A stretch of DNA of 38,954 bases from contig JAHJEM010000067.1 in NCBI GenBank assembly GCA_018825425.1, positions 1 through 38,954 of the forward strand, given 5' to 3'. Position 1 is the first letter of the stretch. The number at the start of each line of letters is the position of its first letter. Positions 1 through 8,747 of the stretch are shown here, piece after piece. Made by a program: the position numbers and the translations under genes. Source of the DNA: Nanobdellota archaeon (GTDB taxonomy: Archaea > Nanobdellota > Nanobdellia > Woesearchaeales > JAHJEM01). The notes under the pieces are model-generated. The model was given only the letters and a program-made list of their open reading frames with translations. It made no database searches and was not told where the DNA came from.

Positions 1-32
1 AAAATAAAAGAAAAATAAAAAAAATACTAAAT

Positions 33-347
33 CTATTTTGCTGGTGCCACATTTGTCAATTCTACTTTGATTCCACCAATCCATTTGGCAACCAGGTTAT
101 AGACAAATGCGAATATTGCGCCTCCTATAAAACCTGCAATTCCGTAGCTGATTGGTAGGATGATTATCATCAATACGCCCACTCCTGCCATCATGCCCGC
201 ACCTGGGCCCATACCTTGGGCACCGAGTGATGCCAACATGGTTCCAAAGATTGCATAGAATATACCAAATAGCAATCCAACTATAGCTCCTATTACTGCC
301 TGAATTAAGGCTGTACTGAGAACATCAAATTTCTTTAATTCTTGCAT
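33..347 (-). CDS. Small Gly-rich membrane protein with 2-3 TM helices
   Basis: 104-aa ORF with long hydrophobic Gly/Ala-rich helices and a C-terminal 'YNLVAKWIGGIKVEL'. GGGGTGG SD-like sequence upstream; T-rich tract downstream on the minus strand. Confidence 0.75.
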   Translation of the reverse strand: MQELKKFDVLSTALIQAVIGAIVGLLFGIFYAIFGTMLASLGAQGMGPGAGMMAGVGVLMIIILPISYGIAGFIGGAIFAFVYNLVAKWIGGIKVELTNVAPAK

Positions 348-382
348 TTTACCACCCCATTTACTGTATTTGATAGAGCCAG

Positions 383-1522
383 TTATAAAAAGCTTTTGTT
401 TTTCAAGAATTCGTCGTAACTTCCCTCAATTCGTATACGAAGACCTGTAGGTGAGAAATGTGTGCGGGAACAAGGGATTTTTTTACTCTTTAAGGCCTTG
501 AATATGGTATCAAACGAGGGGATGTCATTTATTTTCTGCCTCTTGCATAATGTATGGATGTCAAGGAAACCCACTGCATTGAGTTTTGCTTCTTCATGGA
601 GCAGTTTTAGAAATGTCTCCATCTTTTCATCTTCTTCCAATTTGAACATCTTAGCAATTACAGTTGGATCTCCTAGATTACCTAACCACAATGGTCCTGC
701 AACCTGTCCAAAGTACTCAAATTGATCATGCAATTTCATGACTTCATCAACTCTTGCTTTTCCTTTGTCACATCTGAAAAATATTCGCATATAATGCTCC
801 TTAGAATACGAAAATACGGGAATGAGTGCCTTTTCATATTGAGCGCCAATTAACTGGACCTTCCTGATCAATATGCGCAGGCCAACTTCATGCATAATCT
901 CATTGTGCATAGGAATTGCCCAATACTTGCGCTTGCAAGCACCAATATATGTTCCACATAAGGCACTAGTGTCTGTTGCTGTGACAGCCAGAATTCCGTC
1001 CCGTGCCAACCTCATGCAAGCACTATCAAGGAACGGATTTGGAGTGCCAAATGGGTCAATATCAATATAATCAAATCCGGGTGTGCAGAGCATAAATAGG
1101 TTTGCTTCAGTATTACTGAGCACGATTTGTTTATTATATGGCTTGAAAATGGTTAGCATCTCTTTGTTGAGCTCGACCTTCTGTCTAGATTTTAGGAAAT
1201 GGGTGTATGCAGTCTTTTGCTTTTTGATTGCATTGAGTTTTAGGTTGTCAGATACTAGCTTAATAAAACCAGGATTGTTATCATTCATGAAAATATAACT
1301 TATCTGTTCTGGAATCTCTTTTAAGAAACGGATTCCCCTGATACCTGTCCCTGTCAATGGAAGACCTATCTTTAGATTCTTCTTGCCAATTGCTTTTAGC
1401 AATAGAACACTCATATCTCTATTGAATTTCATGACTGGATTGTAGAATACAGGTAGTTTCTTTGATATCTTTTTCTCCTCAGGGACAAGTAACCTTGCAC
1501 TTCCTTCTTTTATCTCTTGCAT
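383..1522 (-). CDS. trm1: tRNA (guanine26-N2/N2,N2)-dimethyltransferase Trm1
   Basis: Trm1 motifs VFYNPVMKFNRD, TGIRGIR, FDYIDIDPFGTP, VTATDTSALCG, EVGLRIL, GPLWLG and SRTHFSPTGLR. Confidence 0.93.
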   Translation of the reverse strand: MQEIKEGSARLLVPEEKKISKKLPVFYNPVMKFNRDMSVLLLKAIGKKNLKIGLPLTGTGIRGIRFLKEIPEQISYIFMNDNNPGFIKLVSDNLKLNAIKKQKTAYTHFLKSRQKVELNKEMLTIFKPYNKQIVLSNTEANLFMLCTPGFDYIDIDPFGTPNPFLDSACMRLARDGILAVTATDTSALCGTYIGACKRKYWAIPMHNEIMHEVGLRILIRKVQLIGAQYEKALIPVFSYSKEHYMRIFFRCDKGKARVDEVMKLHDQFEYFGQVAGPLWLGNLGDPTVIAKMFKLEEDEKMETFLKLLHEEAKLNAVGFLDIHTLCKRQKINDIPSFDTIFKALKSKKIPCSRTHFSPTGLRIRIEGSYDEFLKNKSFL

Positions 1523-1611
1523 ATAGGTCTAGAGCAATCTATTGTTTAAAAGATTTGTGAAAACAAAAAGGGAAAAAGAAAAAAATAAAAGAAAATTAAA
1601 GTGATGCTGTT

Positions 1612-2385
1612 TTATTGTGCTACAGTGGTTTCCACTTCACAATTCCCAGTAACCCAGTCAGCGTCAAAATCCTCAATCTCAAATCTTTTGCCGTCAACCA
1701 CATAGTATTCGGTGGTCATATCTCCACCAGGACTTGGTGGCATCTGATTGTCGATTTTCTCATCAGGACAGAACTGGAGTTTTCCTATACAGTGTTTTCC
1801 ATGAACTGGAGTTGTGGTCTTTGTGTCTTCTGTAGGAACTGCGCATTCTGTAGCCCACATGTACGTGCAGGTTTCATCTGTTGAATCGCATGTTGCACAG
1901 CATGTTCTTGGTTCATCAGCGCAGAATACATCTTTGACAATTCGCATATTGCCTCCAACCATACCATCTTCAATCATACAATCTTCCTCTGCAGTCATCT
2001 CATAAGACCAGCAACATTCGACCATCATTGCGCCATTGCCATAGCTCTCACAGCATTCAAGTGTTTCTACCAATTCATCTGTTGTGTCTGGGGATGGCAA
2101 ATCATCATCTAAATCATCGGCCATATCGTCGTCCATGTTATCATCAGTGTCATCAGCCATATCATCACTCATATCGCCATCTGCATCGCTAGGTTCATCT
2201 GTTCCGTCTTCAGGAAGCACAGGTATATCCTCATCATCAGGCATACCTTGAGTCCCATCATCAACAGAGTCCTCGTCAGACATTCCATCATCAGTTGTTC
2301 CATCATCCATATTATCAGGAACATCTGTAGTGCAACCAACTAAAAACAATCCTATTACTATCAATACTATTATTGCGGTTTTCAT
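1612..2385 (-). CDS. Secreted acidic, Cys-rich putative lipoprotein
   Basis: N-terminal MK + hydrophobic stretch + FLVGC lipobox, then an Asp/Met-rich low-complexity linker and Cys-rich C-terminal modules. TATA-like TTTAAAT ~25 nt upstream. Confidence 0.75.
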   Translation of the reverse strand: MKTAIIVLIVIGLFLVGCTTDVPDNMDDGTTDDGMSDEDSVDDGTQGMPDDEDIPVLPEDGTDEPSDADGDMSDDMADDTDDNMDDDMADDLDDDLPSPDTTDELVETLECCESYGNGAMMVECCWSYEMTAEEDCMIEDGMVGGNMRIVKDVFCADEPRTCCATCDSTDETCTYMWATECAVPTEDTKTTTPVHGKHCIGKLQFCPDEKIDNQMPPSPGGDMTTEYYVVDGKRFEIEDFDADWVTGNCEVETTVAQ

Positions 2386-2471
2386 GGGTTATAGCTATGT
2401 GACATAATATTTAAAGGTTTCGAGGGAAGTTATCAAAAACCTTTAAAAACAACTCACCTTTTACTAACTTT

Positions 2472-4226
2472 ATGTCAAATATAAGAAGTCCAATAGTGTC
2501 TGTACTGGGTCACGTAGACCATGGGAAGTCAAGTATCCTTGACTCAATCAGAGGGAGCAATATCCTGGCCACAGAAGCAGGCGCGATTACCCAAGCTATT
2601 GGTGCAAGTATAATCCCTTTGGATATAGTCAAGAAGAAGTGTGGTCATCTGCTTGAGACCTTAGGTATGAAATTTACCATACCTGGCCTGTTATTCATAG
2701 ATACACCTGGGCACGCAGCCTTTACCTCCTTGAGAAAGCGAGGTGGAAGCCTTGCTGACATTGCCATAGTCGTGATTGATATAAATGAAGGATTCAAGCC
2801 TCAGACTGTTGAGGCAATTGAAATTTTGCGTGCATGTAAGACACCTTTTATAATTGCCGCAAATAAGATAGATCTTCTTCCTGGATATCGAAAAAAGGAT
2901 GACCAATTTCTAAAGGACCTTAGTCAACAGGATCCAAAAGTTCAAGCACTCATGGACACACGTATTTACGAGCTTCTTGGAAAACTGCATGAACAGTTCA
3001 GTCTTGAATGTGACCGTTTTGACAGGGTTGATTTCACTAAACAGATTGCAGTTGTGCCAGTGAGTGCAAAACAGAATGTTGGTATTCCTGAGCTTCTAAT
3101 GGTGCTAACAGGAATGGCCCAGAAATTCCTGGAAAAGAACCTTGATATAGATGTAGACGGTTTTGCATCAGGAACAGTCCTTGAAGTAAAGGAAGTAAAG
3201 GGCATGGGTACAACACTGGACCTGATAATATTTGATGGAACTCTAAAAGTCAATGACATAATAGTTATTGGTGGTGTGGAAGAACCTGTGGTGTCTAAGG
3301 TAAGAGCACTTCTGATGCCTGCTCCTTTGAGTGAGATGAGAGATAAGAAAGCCAAGTACAAACAATGTAAAGAAGTGGTTGCGGCGTGTGGTGTAAAGGT
3401 CAGTGCTCCTGACATAAAAGAAGCAGTTGCAGGTATGCCCCTAAAATCTACATCTAAGGAAAACCTAGAACAGGTAAAAAACCAGATAAGAAAAGAGGTT
3501 GAAGAGGTCATGATTGAGACAGATAAGGATGGTATTGTAATTAAGGGTGATACACTTGGCAGTCTTGAGGCCATGATCAAGCTTCTGCGTGAAAAAGGAG
3601 TGAAAATACGACGCGCAACAGTTGGTGAAATAACCAAAAAAGACATTTCAGATGCAGAATCTGCCTTTGAAAAGGATCCTCTTCAATCGGTCATCCTGGG
3701 TTTTAATATACCTGAAGTAAAATCTACTGAGAGGGTCAAAATCATAATCAGTGATATCATATACAAAATGCTTGAAGATTATATAAAATGGGTTGAGGAC
3801 GAGAAAAAAGTGCTTGAAGCAAAGGAACTGGACAACTTGGTTCGTCCTGGAAAATTAGAGGTCCTAAAGAATTGTACATTTAGGCAGAGCAATCCATGTA
3901 TCATGGGAGTTGAGATACTTGCAGGCGTATTCAAACCAAACACACCTCTTATGAAGCATGGAAAACATATAGGTCATGCAAAGAGCATGCAATGTGACAA
4001 TGAGAGCATTTCGCGCGGTGAAAAAGGAAAACAGTGTGCGCTTTCCATTCCTGAGGCGACAGCAGGCAGGCAGATTGAGGAGCAGGACATCATATATGCA
4101 GATGTTCCTGAAGAGCATTTCAGAAAGATGAAGAAGCTTGCACAGTACTTAAAGGAAGAGGAAAAGCAAGTGCTTCGAGAGATCGCAGAGATACATCGGA
4201 AGGACAAACCCCTTTGGGGAATATAG
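2472..4226 (+). CDS. infB: Translation initiation factor aIF5B (IF-2)
   Basis: GHVDHGKS, EAGAITQAIGA, DTPGH, NKID, DTLGSLEA and FRQSNP motifs; 584 aa is typical of the archaeal form. AAAACCTTTAAA BRE/TATA ~25-30 nt upstream. Confidence 0.97.
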   Translation: MSNIRSPIVSVLGHVDHGKSSILDSIRGSNILATEAGAITQAIGASIIPLDIVKKKCGHLLETLGMKFTIPGLLFIDTPGHAAFTSLRKRGGSLADIAIVVIDINEGFKPQTVEAIEILRACKTPFIIAANKIDLLPGYRKKDDQFLKDLSQQDPKVQALMDTRIYELLGKLHEQFSLECDRFDRVDFTKQIAVVPVSAKQNVGIPELLMVLTGMAQKFLEKNLDIDVDGFASGTVLEVKEVKGMGTTLDLIIFDGTLKVNDIIVIGGVEEPVVSKVRALLMPAPLSEMRDKKAKYKQCKEVVAACGVKVSAPDIKEAVAGMPLKSTSKENLEQVKNQIRKEVEEVMIETDKDGIVIKGDTLGSLEAMIKLLREKGVKIRRATVGEITKKDISDAESAFEKDPLQSVILGFNIPEVKSTERVKIIISDIIYKMLEDYIKWVEDEKKVLEAKELDNLVRPGKLEVLKNCTFRQSNPCIMGVEILAGVFKPNTPLMKHGKHIGHAKSMQCDNESISRGEKGKQCALSIPEATAGRQIEEQDIIYADVPEEHFRKMKKLAQYLKEEEKQVLREIAEIHRKDKPLWGI

Positions 4227-4297
4227 ATTCAACACTGCTGACGCAGGGTTGGTAAATGTGTTTGGAATTATGAGTCTAAATTAATGAAAAATGTGCA

Positions 4298-4765
4298 ATG
4301 CAAAAACTAAAGATTCTCAACAGCAAGGAAGCAAAAAAAATTTATTCTCAATTAGATGATCAATTCGGTTTCTCAAAGAAATTAGATTGTACTTTTCTTG
4401 TTAATACCAAGCGCAAAGTATATATGGTTTCAAAGGACATAGGAAATATTGATATGGATAATCTTAGAATCGATAGCATTGGTTTGTATTTTGGTACAAT
4501 CTATGACGATGGATTTAGAGTTACAATTGAGGGTTCCCAGATTATAGGGCCAGATTCCACAAAGAACATCTTGAAATTAGAAGAAGAAAATCTCTCTAAT
4601 TACATCAAGGGTATGGATTTGGATATAGAAGATGGTGAATATGGAGCGCCAGGATATTACTTGATAAGCAATGGTAAAGATTTCTTCGGATGTGCAAAAG
4701 TGACAACCAATAAGATCATGAATTTTGTGTCCAAAGCAAGAAGATTAAGGGTTGTCAATGAATAG
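4298..4765 (+). CDS. NIP7/RsmF-C-terminal-like pre-PUA/PUA RNA-binding protein
   Basis: Pattern 'SIGLYFG...FRVTIEGSQIIG...KG.D...G....K.....MNFVSKARR' resembles archaeal stand-alone PUA-like ribosome-biogenesis proteins. Confidence 0.7.
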   Translation: MQKLKILNSKEAKKIYSQLDDQFGFSKKLDCTFLVNTKRKVYMVSKDIGNIDMDNLRIDSIGLYFGTIYDDGFRVTIEGSQIIGPDSTKNILKLEEENLSNYIKGMDLDIEDGEYGAPGYYLISNGKDFFGCAKVTTNKIMNFVSKARRLRVVNE

Positions 4766-4782
4766 TATCTGATTCTTGTGAT

Positions 4783-5193
4783 TTAATGTGAGTTTGCATA
4801 ACGTCGTTGTCCACCTGACAATGCCTCCTGGAGTCGGGCTTGAAGGTATGCATACGCAGTTGGACCGACAGATTGTCTGGCAGCATCCCTTTCAAGTGGA
4901 GCCATCCTTCCACAGATATTCTCTAGAAGTGTGTTAACAACATCTCTTCCTAATCTCTGACCTCTGTCTAGCAATAGGTACCTTGTTGGTTGGCCTTGAC
5001 TTTGGGTGTCATCATCAATTTCATAGAAAAAGGCTCCAAACTTGGTCAAAAGATGAACCGTCGCATCAATTGTGCCCTCTGCAATGTGGATGTCTGCTAC
5101 AGGATCCAAGTCGGGCCGCGATCTTCTTTGAAATAGTGGTATGACTTTTCTGCCAAGTTTGCTTTTTCCACCATAGTTATCTATGCTTATCAT
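4783..5193 (-). CDS. Hypothetical protein downstream of the RSH-like pair
   Basis: 136-aa ORF with its own TATA-like element (TTTATAAAT at ~5217-5225). No recognised motif. Confidence 0.6.
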   Translation of the reverse strand: MISIDNYGGKSKLGRKVIPLFQRRSRPDLDPVADIHIAEGTIDATVHLLTKFGAFFYEIDDDTQSQGQPTRYLLLDRGQRLGRDVVNTLLENICGRMAPLERDAARQSVGPTAYAYLQARLQEALSGGQRRYANSH

Positions 5194-5256
5194 TGTGAAT
5201 TGGAAATGAAATGTGATTTATAAATATTTTCGCTTTAAATATAGGAACACTCTTTA

Positions 5257-6441
5257 TTATAGGAATCTGAATAGGTCATATGGCTTTCTTCCAATAGTTA
5301 ATACTTCCGGACTTCTGTGGAATATATTGTTATTGACTAGCCAGTTACGCACTGCTTTTTCATGTCCGTTAAAATTTCTTTTGTTGTTTCGTACTTTCTT
5401 GAATAGATAGTCTGGATGGGCCAAGGGTGGGGCGTGCTGCAAGTAATGCTCCTCTTCTGTTGTCATCTGAACCTCGATTGCAATCCCGCTAGGCAGCAGA
5501 CCTGGTTGAAGTTCTTCTGTTGTAAAGAAATCATTAATAGTCTGAGCAGTGTATAGTGGTTCAGTGCCTTCAGGAGGTGGAAGGAAAAGATTTCCATCAC
5601 AATCCGGTACTTTTATTGCTTGGTGCTGCAATGCTTGATGCATTCTTGCTTCAAATGGTCTTAGGTTGTTAGGATTTGCGACTTTAATATATTCCATTGC
5701 TGCATTGAATTGTTGTCTTGAATCTTGATTCATGAAACTATCTAGATAATCATATATGCGATGTGCTCTCCAATCCCCTTCTTTCTCACTCTTGGTCACA
5801 ATCATTATCCGATATAAATCCCAGACAGGATCAACAAATCCATCTGGTCCTTGTCCACTCTGTCGTAACTCACATAATCTCTCTGCAATCTTACCTGCTA
5901 GTCTGCTTCCATTCTTTAGATTGGCATTTATCTGATATATGTGGTGGTCAATTCCCCTGAACTCGTTGTTGACCAGTACAATGTCTCTAACTTTGCTGTG
6001 TTGCGCGCAGGGTGGATAATAGAATTTGGGTTGTCCACTTTCTGGATCTACTGCGCCTAGATGACTTGCAATGACTTCACTTTCGTGAATGTAACCAGTA
6101 TTTGTTTGCTGTGCTATGCTGACTACAATAGGGGGAATACAACTATCACAGTATTGATGTGTATGAAGATTGGGTGAAAGATCAACTTGGGGAATTCCGT
6201 TTGATGCTTGTGTAATTGTGGGAAATAGTTGCGATCCCAAATATGAATCAAATAAGAGCTCTCCGTGTTTAATGTCCTCGCGGAAAACAGTTCGTAATTC
6301 TTCAGTTCTATGGCCGTATTTGTCTTCTAGTGCTGCATAGACTTCCTTTTCACTCTTACCGACCAATTCAAGTATGGTTTGCTCTAGCTCACTTGCTTGC
6401 TGTCGTGCCTCTATCCCATTGAATAGGTGTGCAAAAATCAT
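5257..6441 (-). CDS. Divergent RelA/SpoT-type synthetase (nucleotidyltransferase) domain protein, SAS-like
   Basis: Ordered RSH synthetase-like motifs: NLKNGSRLAGK (cf. RxKxxxSxxxK), WDLYRIMIV (cf. DlxgxRii), EYI...HQALQ (cf. DYI...YQSLH), IEVQMTT (cf. EVQIRT), LAHPDYLFK (cf. AHxxYK). Confidence 0.65.
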   Translation of the reverse strand: MIFAHLFNGIEARQQASELEQTILELVGKSEKEVYAALEDKYGHRTEELRTVFREDIKHGELLFDSYLGSQLFPTITQASNGIPQVDLSPNLHTHQYCDSCIPPIVVSIAQQTNTGYIHESEVIASHLGAVDPESGQPKFYYPPCAQHSKVRDIVLVNNEFRGIDHHIYQINANLKNGSRLAGKIAERLCELRQSGQGPDGFVDPVWDLYRIMIVTKSEKEGDWRAHRIYDYLDSFMNQDSRQQFNAAMEYIKVANPNNLRPFEARMHQALQHQAIKVPDCDGNLFLPPPEGTEPLYTAQTINDFFTTEELQPGLLPSGIAIEVQMTTEEEHYLQHAPPLAHPDYLFKKVRNNKRNFNGHEKAVRNWLVNNNIFHRSPEVLTIGRKPYDLFRFL

Positions 6442-6443
6442 TA

Positions 6444-7982
6444 TTATTCCAACAGAGAATATCCTCCGATTTCCCTCTCATCATTCATGTATAAATCCAT
6501 AGCTAATAATTCTGCGATAATTCCTTCTTCTAATAGCTTAACAGGTCTTCCTATAGGGAACTTCGGCACTTCATGAATGCCTCGGGGATCTGGTTCTGTG
6601 AATCCTTTTTTCTCTCTGACACCTCTGAGCATCCCATAAATAATCCCATTGAATCTTCTCCAGGGTTCACGTCGGAGAAGCACAGTATCTGTCTCAGGCT
6701 CTCTTGCTTCATCCATTATGCCTGTAATATATGCCATTTTGAGATGAGGAACCAGTGTTTCAAAATAGTCTCTTGGGAAATGAAATTGCTCATCACTGCC
6801 TGCTTGGAGCATATAATTGTTGTTGTTTTCTCGTTCTTCTATTGTAAAATAAAGTGCTGCTCTTCGGACTGGCATTATTGTTTTAGTATAGAATCGTCTA
6901 TCTCTTATCAACCCAAGTCTGTTTGCAACAACCAACTCATTTGCAAAATATGTTTGCTTATAGAGCATTTCAGCTCGTTCTTGGGGAGAGAATGCTCCTT
7001 CGCCTTGAAGCAAGATGTCTGGAAAGTCTATTGCAGAACTTCCCCCATCTAATACCTTATCCAATAGCACTATGTTTTGAGTATTTGTTATCTGTCTTTT
7101 TGATGGGTGTTGTTGTCTGCCTTTTCCTAAATCTTCACTTATAAGAGGACTTAAATACATTAGAGTATCAACTAGTACATCCTGATCAAAGAATCTGGGT
7201 GTATAGCTATCCCATGGAATTCCTGGCGGTCTGGTCAATATTGCGTCTGCTGCAAGGATTGCTTGGACCTTTAGCATAATTGCGCGTTCCGTCGGAACAG
7301 AATTCTGGACCAGTTGATGCCTAAGATCCATCATTGCTCTTAAGAAATAGTATGCAGGATGGTTTCTATCAAAGCCTAAGTGATCTATGGCTATATCATC
7401 TGGTACTGCAATTGCATTTTTTCCTTCTCCTGCATCATGGAGAATTGTGGCAGCTTCAGCAGTAATTCCTAAGATTGGATTGTATTTATCAATATTGTAC
7501 TGCTGCCTGACAATTCCTGCTGCGGCCAGAAGACCTAAAGCATGTTCAACCTCTAATTTCCTACCACCTTTACTTGTGCCTGTTGGTGTGGCTCCTTTAC
7601 GTTTATTCAAACCTTCTCTTTCTATCAATAATTCCAGCAATTGTTTTCTAAGAACAGTCTCATCCCTTCCCAAATTGCGTGTAGGGACAAAGTTTGCCAC
7701 TTCCTGCAATGTCTCAAGAGTATCATTCAAAAGAGTTGGATTGTAGTCTGAATATTTTCTTCTTTGATCGTGTTTATGAGATATTTGTGTATGTGCTTCG
7801 GTTACTAATTTTCTTATTAGATTTTTGCGTCCATTAAGATTAAATGCGGTTCTTACTTGAGAATAAAGTGGTTTCTCATCAGCTCTAACTTCGAATGGAG
7901 GCATTCCTTTGTCTCTGCGATAATCTGCTAGTTCATCATTTAGATGTACAATTATCTGATCAATACTGGAATACTTGAGCAT
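6444..7982 (-). CDS. HD-domain protein resembling RelA/SpoT (Mesh1/SAH) hydrolases
   Basis: EVEHAL, ATILHDAGEG (cf. AxLHDxxED), ILTR...Y (cf. LTK) and LLDKVLD (cf. VKLADR) in the expected order. The stop codon lies 2 nt before the next ATG. Confidence 0.6.
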   Translation of the reverse strand: MLKYSSIDQIIVHLNDELADYRRDKGMPPFEVRADEKPLYSQVRTAFNLNGRKNLIRKLVTEAHTQISHKHDQRRKYSDYNPTLLNDTLETLQEVANFVPTRNLGRDETVLRKQLLELLIEREGLNKRKGATPTGTSKGGRKLEVEHALGLLAAAGIVRQQYNIDKYNPILGITAEAATILHDAGEGKNAIAVPDDIAIDHLGFDRNHPAYYFLRAMMDLRHQLVQNSVPTERAIMLKVQAILAADAILTRPPGIPWDSYTPRFFDQDVLVDTLMYLSPLISEDLGKGRQQHPSKRQITNTQNIVLLDKVLDGGSSAIDFPDILLQGEGAFSPQERAEMLYKQTYFANELVVANRLGLIRDRRFYTKTIMPVRRAALYFTIEERENNNNYMLQAGSDEQFHFPRDYFETLVPHLKMAYITGIMDEAREPETDTVLLRREPWRRFNGIIYGMLRGVREKKGFTEPDPRGIHEVPKFPIGRPVKLLEEGIIAELLAMDLYMNDEREIGGYSLLE

Positions 7983-8117
7983 CCTGACGTGGAGGAATGA
8001 ATTGGCTTTTTTAAATGTTTAGTAGTGTCACTACTGATTTATGGTCAATTACTGCAGGGTTTTCGGTTTATAAATGATATTGATTGATTTTAACTGGTTT
8101 TAGAAAAAAAGGGGTTG

Positions 8118-8726
8118 CTAGGATGTTTTTTGGGATATATACACTCTAAATCCGCCTTTTTTAGCCACTACATCTACATTCCCGAAAATCTCGTGCATAT
8201 ATTCACCGAGAACCTTACCACCCTTATTGTGTCTGGCAACAAGCTGAAACCATCCCTTCTTTTTCAAATGAGAGAAGGAATCATTAATCATCTTAAAACA
8301 CAATTTTCTGCCAGCAGCATAAGGAGGATTAAGAAGTATGCAATCAAATTCATCAGGAATATTGCTAAAAATGTCTGAAGAAATTACAGTGGTATCAAGC
8401 TTGAGCTTATTTGCATTCTTTTCTGCTAACTCTATTGCCCGTTCGTTGACATCACTCATCCAGACCTCTAGATCTGGACTGATTCGTTTCATAGCAAGAC
8501 CGACAACACCATATCCACATCCAAGATCAAGCAATTTCCATCTTTGCTCAATTTTTGCGTTCTCTATCAGAAGTTTAGTTGCATTGTCCAGTTTGTCTTT
8601 GCCAAAGATTCCAGGTGCACTATACAATTCAAAATAGACCATCTCTCCCTTTCGGTTGAACCGGATAGGAATTTTCTTATTTGCACCTTTAGAACTCTGT
8701 TTTGGAGAATAGTAATGTTCAGTCAT
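8118..8726 (-). CDS. Class I SAM-dependent methyltransferase, RsmC/MTS (YbxB-like) family
   Basis: N-terminal EHYYS, PGIFGKDKLD, LDLGCGYG, SDVNERA, NPPY and KKGGFRV. Confidence 0.9.
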   Translation of the reverse strand: MTEHYYSPKQSSKGANKKIPIRFNRKGEMVYFELYSAPGIFGKDKLDNATKLLIENAKIEQRWKLLDLGCGYGVVGLAMKRISPDLEVWMSDVNERAIELAEKNANKLKLDTTVISSDIFSNIPDEFDCILLNPPYAAGRKLCFKMINDSFSHLKKKGWFQLVARHNKGGKVLGEYMHEIFGNVDVVAKKGGFRVYISQKTS

Positions 8727-8747
8727 TATTTACACCTATGTTTACAA

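Noticed and set aside
2966-3646. 226-aa antisense ORF
   Set aside because: It is a shadow of infB with Ser/Thr/Phe-rich antisense composition; the same applies to the other short nested ORFs in the track.
2472-4226. Intein in aIF5B (or in the visible part of gyrB)
   Set aside because: Lengths are normal and I saw no intein or LAGLIDADG motifs.
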